In this document: piece after piece, positions 37,088-39,917 of the stretch
How positions within the stretch are numbered: the first letter of the stretch is position 1
Layout: every line of letters begins with the position of its first letter
Assembly (NCBI GenBank): GCA_023250995.1
Contig: JAHEZO010000006.1
Coordinates: forward strand, 1-39,917
Reading direction: 5' to 3'
From: Flavobacteriales bacterium
Lineage (GTDB): Bacteria > Bacteroidota > Bacteroidia > Flavobacteriales_H > JAHEZO01
Length of the DNA: 39,917 nt
Position numbers and translations under genes: made by a program
The notes under the pieces: generated by a model
Databases searched by the model: none
What the model was told of the DNA's origin: nothing
Seen by the model: only the letters and a program-made list of their open reading frames with translations

Positions 37088-37756
37088 ATGAAACCTCACC
37101 ATAAAAAGTTCCTGGTTTTAATTGTTATCCTTCTTTTTCCCTCCATACTTTACCTTTTTTTAAAATCCGGAAGGCATCATATTAAAACCCTCGAAATTTT
37201 TGGCCCTCGGGAACTCAACGAAAAGGGAGATACCATATTTCATGTTATTCCGGATTTTGAATTTACCAACCAATACGGAAAATTAATTTCGAAAAAGGAT
37301 TTTGAGGGAAAATTTTTTGTTGCAGATTTTATTTTCACTACATGCAAAACCATTTGCCCAAAAATGAGTGAACAGATGGCAAATATCCAGGAAAAGGTGA
37401 AGGATATGGATGATGTACTTTTAATTTCTCACACTGTTGACCCTGAAGAGGATTCGGTTCCAGTGCTGTTTGATTATGCAAAAAAAATGGGAGCCAAAGA
37501 GGGAAAATGGCATTTGGTAACCGGTGATAAAAAGCGATTGTATGATATTGCCAGGCATGGGTATCTGGTTACCGCCATGGAAGGAGATGGAGGGCCGGAC
37601 GATTTTATTCATAGTGAAAAATTCTTATTAATTGACAAAGAAAGTAGAATCAGGGGGTTTTATGACGGAACCGATCCGGTGGAGGTTAAAAGGTTAACGG
37701 ATGAAATAAAGGTTTTAAAATTTGAAGAACAAATTCCAAGAAAAGAACGAAGGTAA
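37088..37756 (+). CDS. SCO/SenC copper chaperone
   Basis: DFIFTTCKTICP (CxxxC), TVDPE.D, FIHSE, IRGFYDG. Confidence 0.95.
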   Translation: MKPHHKKFLVLIVILLFPSILYLFLKSGRHHIKTLEIFGPRELNEKGDTIFHVIPDFEFTNQYGKLISKKDFEGKFFVADFIFTTCKTICPKMSEQMANIQEKVKDMDDVLLISHTVDPEEDSVPVLFDYAKKMGAKEGKWHLVTGDKKRLYDIARHGYLVTAMEGDGGPDDFIHSEKFLLIDKESRIRGFYDGTDPVEVKRLTDEIKVLKFEEQIPRKERR

Positions 37757-37762
37757 ACTCCT

Positions 37763-38284
37763 ATGGCCAAAGCAAAAACCTACTTTTCCCTCATCATTTT
37801 TGCTTCCTTGTTAATTCCCCTTGTAGTTACCATACTTTATTTTGGTCCAAAATTAAAAGTAGGGGTTGACTTGAGTTTTCTCCCTGCATTAAATGCAACA
37901 CTTAACGGACTAACTGCGATAATGCTCACTCTGGGCTTTGTGGCAATCCGTAAAAAAATTATTGATGTTCATCAAAGGTTTATGACTTTTGCCATGATAT
38001 TATCGGTAATTTTTCTGGTTTCATACATTCTGTATCACAGCACTTCTGAGCCCACCCCATTCGGAGGTCAAGGGTTTGTAAAATACCTTTATTATTCGCT
38101 CCTTATTTCTCATATTTTTCTTGCCATAGTTATTGTACCGCTGGTACTGATCACCTATGTTAGGGCACTTTCAAAACAGTTTGATAAGCACCGGAGAATA
38201 GCAAAAATTACGTTGCCTCTCTGGCTTTACGTTTCGGTTTCGGGTTTTGTAGTTTACCTTATGATTTCGCCTTACTATAAATGA
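37763..38284 (+). CDS. DUF420 (CtaM-like) oxidase assembly membrane protein
   Basis: LPALNA.LNG, H..FM, FLVSY..YH, LISHI.L, H.RIA..T.PLWLYVSVSG. Confidence 0.9.
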   Translation: MAKAKTYFSLIIFASLLIPLVVTILYFGPKLKVGVDLSFLPALNATLNGLTAIMLTLGFVAIRKKIIDVHQRFMTFAMILSVIFLVSYILYHSTSEPTPFGGQGFVKYLYYSLLISHIFLAIVIVPLVLITYVRALSKQFDKHRRIAKITLPLWLYVSVSGFVVYLMISPYYK

Positions 38285-38286
38285 AA

Positions 38287-39534
38287 TCAAATTTCATGGG
38301 GAATCAACTCAAAAGACCTGTCCCAATCCTTCCAAACCGGTTCAAAACCTTTTTGTTTGAGCATCTCTGAAATTATTTTTGGGGACCGTTCATCAGAGAT
38401 TTCAAATTGCTGCAGGGACATTTTTTCATCGGAAGATGTTATTTTTTCAAAATTATTTGAGTGAGAATATCCACCGGGGTTTGTTTTTGATCCGGCACTC
38501 ATGGTAGTTACACCCAGGTTAATAATGTTATCTCTGAAGCTTTCTGATTCTCGTGTAGAAATGGATAACTCCAGTTCAGGATTAAATATCCGGTAAGCAC
38601 AAATTAATTGCACAAGTTCTTTATCTGAAATACCCTCATCAAAGTATTTTGTAGTGGATGAATTGGTTGCTCCATTATCAACCTTTTTCTTATTAATTAA
38701 TACCGGCCCGGCAATTTCAATAGGCCTCAATCTTGGAAAGGACACAGAAAACTTAGTTTTCCAATAAATTTTTTCGAGATAGTGCAAATGTAGAGCACAA
38801 AAAAAGGAATTTGTACGCCAGGTTGAACCTTGTTTATCTTTTTTTCCCAATCCAAGCAGAACCCCCAAACCAATTTTGTGGATGTCGGCTTTACCCAACC
38901 GGTCGGGCGTTTCGAGACGGAAATAGAAATTTGATTTTTTTCCGCGGGGATGAAATAGCTTATAATCCTGTTTGTTGTATGTTTCCTGATAAACAAGAAC
39001 GGTATTTACACCAAGTGATTTCAGTTCCCGGTAATCTGGTTCATCCAGGGGCTGAACTTCAAAAGAAATATGGGAGAAATGCGGACGAATTAAAGGCAGC
39101 ATTTTTCTGAAATATTCCATGCCCACAGACTGTATCGCTTCTCCCGTTACAATTAGTATATGGTTAAACCCCAATTTTTTTAATACTGAAACCTCCTCCA
39201 TTATCCGTTCCTCAGTTAGAGTAATTCTTTTTATTTTATTATCGAAGCTGAAAGCGCAGTAGGTGCATATGTTCTGGCATTCGTTACTCAGGTACAGCGG
39301 AGCATAAAGCTGAATGGTATTCCCAAATCTCTTTCGTGTGAGATTATAACTTAATCCAGCCATTTCCTCCAGAAATTTTCCACCTGAGGGCGAGATGAGA
39401 GCCTTAAAATCTTCCAGGGTTCTTTTGGTGGTTTTCCGAAGGGCAATTTCAACGTCAGTGGAAGTTTTCAAAAAAATGCTTTCCATGGACTTTTCCCAGG
39501 AATGTTCATTAAAGATATCTGAAAAGGTTTTCAA
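38287..39534 (-). CDS. thiH: 2-iminoacetate synthase (radical SAM)
   Basis: YAPLYLSNECQNICTYC, VYQETY, SFPRLRP, STRE, SAGSKTNPGGY, QFEISDERS, WKDWD; TTG start. Confidence 0.95.
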   Translation of the reverse strand: MKTFSDIFNEHSWEKSMESIFLKTSTDVEIALRKTTKRTLEDFKALISPSGGKFLEEMAGLSYNLTRKRFGNTIQLYAPLYLSNECQNICTYCAFSFDNKIKRITLTEERIMEEVSVLKKLGFNHILIVTGEAIQSVGMEYFRKMLPLIRPHFSHISFEVQPLDEPDYRELKSLGVNTVLVYQETYNKQDYKLFHPRGKKSNFYFRLETPDRLGKADIHKIGLGVLLGLGKKDKQGSTWRTNSFFCALHLHYLEKIYWKTKFSVSFPRLRPIEIAGPVLINKKKVDNGATNSSTTKYFDEGISDKELVQLICAYRIFNPELELSISTRESESFRDNIINLGVTTMSAGSKTNPGGYSHSNNFEKITSSDEKMSLQQFEISDERSPKIISEMLKQKGFEPVWKDWDRSFELIPHEI

Positions 39535-39551
39535 AAGGAGAATTATTTAGG

Positions 39552-39559
39552 CAAAAATA
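39552..39559 (-). promoter_or_regulatory. -7 box (TATTTTTG) for thiH
   Basis: Exact TAnnTTTG about 18 nt upstream of the start codon. Confidence 0.45.
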
Positions 39560-39652
39560 ATATTAACAGGCCAATATTGGTAACCCTGAATTTATTGGAG
39601 GCCTGTTTCATTGGGCAGAATAAAATTTAAATAAATAAAAGTTACTTTTTTT

Positions 39653-39725
39653 TGCTGCAAAGACGCTAAGACACAATGAATTTTCTTAAACTTTTATTTT
39701 TTTGTGCCTTTGTGTTTCGGCAGCA
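39653..39725. repeat. Imperfect hairpin built from 8-nt-period units
   Basis: TGCTGCAAAG ACGCTAAG ACACAATG ... TTTGTGCC TTTGTGTT TCGGCAGCA. Confidence 0.55.
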
Positions 39726-39796
39726 TTATAAAGCTTTAAAATTTTAATTTCGCTTTTAATAAACTAAACAGAAAACAATTCCTTCAAAACAATTTC

Positions 39797-39917
39797 ATGA
39801 AAAACATAGCCGTTGTAACCGGTGGGGATTCGGGAGAGGCAAAAATATCTTTCCAAAGTGCCGATCAGGTAATTTTAAATATCGACAGGAAAAAGTTCAT
39901 CCCTTATAAAATAATAA
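39797..39917 (+). CDS. ddl: D-alanine--D-alanine ligase, 5' fragment running off the window
   Basis: MKNIAVVTGGDSGEAKISFQSA matches the Ddl N-terminal GG.S.E..IS..S motif. Confidence 0.85.
   Translation, partial: MKNIAVVTGGDSGEAKISFQSADQVILNIDRKKFIPYKII

Noticed and set aside
565-39110. Many 60-136-aa ORFs antisense to or nested within long genes
   Set aside because: No motifs; expected shadows of coding sequence.
39535-39790. TPP riboswitch upstream of thiH
   Set aside because: No CTGAGA or ACCTGA/TAAT core visible on the minus strand, and the leader appears very short.
1-39917. rRNA, tRNA, integrase or transposase genes
   Set aside because: None recognisable in the intergenic gaps or ORF set.

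Overview
AT-rich window from a Bacteroidota genome (T9SS type-A CTD, SprB repeats, TAnnTTTG promoter boxes, Bacteroidota-type cyoE-coxIII-coxIII-coxIV-SCO-DUF420 block). Left to right: (1) 1-10.7 kb, an envelope glycosylation locus with four GT-C-like membrane proteins (two end in a shared fascin-like beta-trefoil), a clan GH-A hydrolase, two GT2 polyprenol-P-sugar synthases and an uncalled MBOAT/AlgI relic. (2) scoB, an antitoxin plus an internally deleted PIN toxin, an M16 peptidase, a helix-hairpin-helix outer-membrane protein, a decayed four-helix-bundle cassette, a PorV/PorQ-like barrel and a DUF4907 lipoprotein. (3) A ~2960-aa T9SS adhesin (Kelch, IPT, FG-GAP, ~25 SprB repeats) split by a 1-nt frameshift, and a DUF4160/DUF2442 pair. 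(4) A Crp/Fnr regulator divergent from an atypical A-family heme-copper oxidase operon that runs into the usual oxidase accessory block. (5) thiH and the 5' end of ddl. The best candidate for an undescribed system is the oxidase: all metal ligands, the cross-link Tyr and the D-channel are present, but the K-proton-channel residues are replaced in both subunit I and subunit II. All assignments are by eye from motifs; no searches were run.
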